Source of the DNA: Porphyridium purpureum
Lineage: Eukaryota
DNA: 64,000 nucleotides
Direction of reading: 5' to 3'
Assembly: GCA_008690995.1 (NCBI GenBank)
Contig: VRMN01000003.1
Span: 372,001-436,000 of the forward strand
The position numbers and the translations under genes were made by a program. Each line of letters starts with the position of its first letter. The stretch's first letter is position 1. Below the pieces are notes generated by a model, which saw only the letters and a program-made list of their open reading frames with translations, ran no database searches and had not been told where the DNA came from. Below, in pieces: positions 61,721-64,000 of this stretch.

Positions 61721-62740
61721 TTATCCCGACGCGTCGGCTGTTTCCATTGCGGCAGCATCCTCTTCTAGGACGGACACAAGTGACAGCGGCTCTACAGAAT
61801 CGTCCGTCACACGGCAGCACAGCACTGTAACGTCATCCAGCTTTCCACCTTGATGGTCTTGACCTGCCTTTCGACTAGCAACTGCAAAGGGAACGTCAGT
61901 GGTTGGATTCTTGGCGTTCTGGACGGCAAACGCGGCAAGCTTCTCTGCCAGTTCTGTCGGGCTGCCATCATCCCCAAACTCCGAGACAATGCTCACAATA
62001 TCATCGTCAAACACATTGTCAAACAGACCGTCGGTGGCAACAATCACCCAGTCACCCTTGCGCACGCGCTGGTTCACATTCTGACCCATCTGGACCGAAT
62101 CGGAGCTGTCTGAACCCAGTTGGTAAGGACAGTTAAAGAAATGCTGTTGCTCCTTCGTGCGCCACATCAACTTGCCATCACGAACAATGCGCACACCAGA
62201 ATCGCCGAGGTTGATTCCGTTCATCCTGCCCGATTCCTCCATTCCCACGACGCACGCGGTGCTCGCACCGACCAGCGTGTTTGCCTCGGCAGCGTCAATC
62301 AGACTTTTTACGCTCAGCTTGACACCGTTCTCCTGAACATTATTGAGAGTCAGCAAAGCAAGGTTCTGCGAATAGAGACGCGGATCCACGCCATTCACGG
62401 CAGCGCCTCCCACACCGTCAAACACACCCACCGAGTTGCCTTCAATATAGAACGCGTCCTCGCCCGTCTGCTTTTCCGGATGCGCCAGAAAGGCATAGCC
62501 GACATCAAAGTACAGCGGCGGCGGTGGCGGACCGTCCTTGGAGATGAACGGGATCTTGAAATTCCCGATCATGTTCAGTTCCGTCGAGGCCGCGCGACCA
62601 CGCGCGCGGTGCGATCGCACGCTTCGTGCGCGAGCCGCGCCATCTGCTCCATGATTCCTCCTCAGCCGGGCGCCGCAAACAGATCTCGTCCCGCTGAACT
62701 GGTCCACCAGAGGCACGGACGGAACAAACAGCGTCGCCAT
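61721..62740 (-). CDS. PP2C phosphatase of the PTC7/PBCP family, probably plastid-targeted
   Basis: GEDAF, VGVFDGVGG, GASTACV, NLGDSG, EQQHFFNCPYQLG, ATDGLFDN, GGKLDDVTV; MATLFVPS transit-like leader. Confidence 0.92.
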   Translation of the reverse strand: MATLFVPSVPLVDQFSGTRSVCGARLRRNHGADGAARARSVRSHRARGRAASTELNMIGNFKIPFISKDGPPPPPLYFDVGYAFLAHPEKQTGEDAFYIEGNSVGVFDGVGGAAVNGVDPRLYSQNLALLTLNNVQENGVKLSVKSLIDAAEANTLVGASTACVVGMEESGRMNGINLGDSGVRIVRDGKLMWRTKEQQHFFNCPYQLGSDSSDSVQMGQNVNQRVRKGDWVIVATDGLFDNVFDDDIVSIVSEFGDDGSPTELAEKLAAFAVQNAKNPTTDVPFAVASRKAGQDHQGGKLDDVTVLCCRVTDDSVEPLSLVSVLEEDAAAMETADASG

Positions 62741-62767
62741 CGCAATTTCCAATCTCGTTCTTCTTGT

Positions 62768-62794
62768 CGTCCCGCGTCCCGCGTCCCGCGTCCC
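62768..62794. repeat. Short tandem repeat (CGTCCCG) x about 4 upstream of the PP2C start
   Basis: cgtcccg cgtcccg cgtcccg cgtccc read directly. Confidence 0.8.
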
Positions 62795-63022
62795 ACACCC
62801 CACCCTCCTGCACGTGCTTCCAACCCGAAGGAATCTCGCCCTACTTCTCCACCAGCATCTCCGATTTTCAAAACACGCCCTTAAAAAATCTAATGGGAAA
62901 CTGTACTCACTGTACATAAACAATTTCGAGCTTACGCCAAATAAGCAGTCCTTCTCGGCGTTTACTGTACAGCTCGACGAAGCTGGTGTCGGCGCTGCGG
63001 GTTCGCCACAAGGTCACTCGGT

Positions 63023-64000
63023 CTAATCCAGTTCCTCGCTTCCCGAACTGGCTCCGTCATCGAGATCCTCGCCTCCATCTTCTCCCACGTCTGCGTCTAT
63101 GTCTCCGTCCAGCTCGCCCATTTCAGTCTGTGCTACGATGGCAATGTCTGTCACCGTCTCGTTGGCAGCAACCGATTGCACTAAGCAGCCCTTCGCCATG
63201 CGGCCTAATATCGGAATGGAGTCGAGCTCCTGGCGGTTGATGGTACCATTGCTCGTGATGATCATAATCTGGTCTCCCTGCTTGCACGAACGCAAGCCCA
63301 CGACGCGCGCGTCCGTTTTCTTGGTCGGAAGCGCAATCACTCCGCCGCCGCCGCGGAGCTGTAGCTTGAAGTTTTTGGCCATGACGCGTTTGCCGCGCCC
63401 GTCAGATGCGATCATGATCAGCACAGATTCACTGTTGTCTGCAGCTGAAATGATATCCATATCCACAATCTCGTCGTGCTCGGAAATTCTCATCGACCTG
63501 ACGCCTCGTGCCCACCGGCCCATGCTGCGCAGCGATTTCGGAGAGCACGAGAAGCGAATGACCTTACCGGCTCGCGAAGAGACAATAATGGAGTCCTCGT
63601 CCTCGCACTTGCGAACCCAGCCCAACTGATCTCCGTCCGCAAATTGTATCGCACGCAACCCACGAATATTAACTCGCTCAAACACATCCAAGCGCGTCTT
63701 TTTCACCAGACCCTTCTTAGTCAGCAACACGATGGACGAATTTTCCTCAAACGCGGAAACCGGAAGCAACGACGCTACGCTCTCACCCGCCGGCACACCC
63801 GGAATCAAGCGGGACAGGGGTAGCCCACGTGATGAGCGCGAGCCCGCGGGGACCTTGTACGCGGGAAGCTTGTACGCAATGCCGAGATTGCTAAACACTA
63901 AAATATCGTCGTGGTCCCGGCAGTAACAAAAGTGCTCCACAATGTCGTCCCCCTTGAGCTTTGAAATGCCTGCCTTACCCGCCGTCCTGCGACGTTGCGA
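63023..64000 (-). CDS. gyrA: Organellar DNA gyrase subunit A, C-terminal beta-pinwheel (5' part outside the window)
   Basis: Frame open from the window edge: SQRRRTAGKAG (GyrA-box variant), then blades SRSSRGLPL, LLTKKGLVKKT, RSMGRWARGVRSM, QLRGGGGVIA, GRMAKGCLV; acidic tail. Confidence 0.93.
   Translation of the reverse strand, partial: SQRRRTAGKAGISKLKGDDIVEHFCYCRDHDDILVFSNLGIAYKLPAYKVPAGSRSSRGLPLSRLIPGVPAGESVASLLPVSAFEENSSIVLLTKKGLVKKTRLDVFERVNIRGLRAIQFADGDQLGWVRKCEDEDSIIVSSRAGKVIRFSCSPKSLRSMGRWARGVRSMRISEHDEIVDMDIISAADNSESVLIMIASDGRGKRVMAKNFKLQLRGGGGVIALPTKKTDARVVGLRSCKQGDQIMIITSNGTINRQELDSIPILGRMAKGCLVQSVAANETVTDIAIVAQTEMGELDGDIDADVGEDGGEDLDDGASSGSEELD

Noticed and set aside
1..64000. 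tRNA, rRNA, spliceosomal snRNA, CRISPR arrays, transposase/RT/integrase genes
   Set aside because: By-eye searches for T-loop, U1/U2/U5/U6 core motifs, regularly spaced repeats and mobile-element catalytic motifs found nothing convincing. An Infernal/tRNAscan run would be needed to exclude divergent RNAs.

Overview
Eukaryotic nuclear DNA: gene-dense (about 35 protein-coding genes in 64 kb), GC-rich and intron-poor, with only two GT-AG introns that I can support. It is most likely from a unicellular red alga (Porphyridium-like). This is an inference from the NADPH oxidase with a red-algal-type membrane insert, M-A-F/M-M-F-type plastid transit peptides and the compact layout. Most genes are housekeeping: Rpn12, TAF11, Aladin, Grx5, MRD1/RBM19, ADCK/ABC1 kinase, UDP-Gal transporter, Skp1, mitochondrial ferredoxin, a PTC7-type PP2C and the 3' part of gyrA. 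There are also four transcription factors (2 Myb, CCT, bZIP), two glycosyltransferases and four CAMK-group kinases. The most notable items are: (1) an NADPH oxidase whose 4-TM insert resembles a degenerate voltage-sensor/Hv1-type S1-S4 module; (2) a stand-alone C-terminal half of complex I Nad11 with its own leader; (3) a plastid-targeted bacterial CvfB-like RNA-binding protein starting 36 nt after an F-box-like gene; (4) a recent head-to-head inverted kinase duplication; (5) a canonical plus a truncated Skp1 in tandem; (6) an RNase III with two dsRBDs; (7) a decayed tandem-repeat pseudogene. I could not support any tRNA, rRNA, snRNA, CRISPR array or intact mobile element. All family calls come from motif recognition by eye, and many start codons are best guesses.
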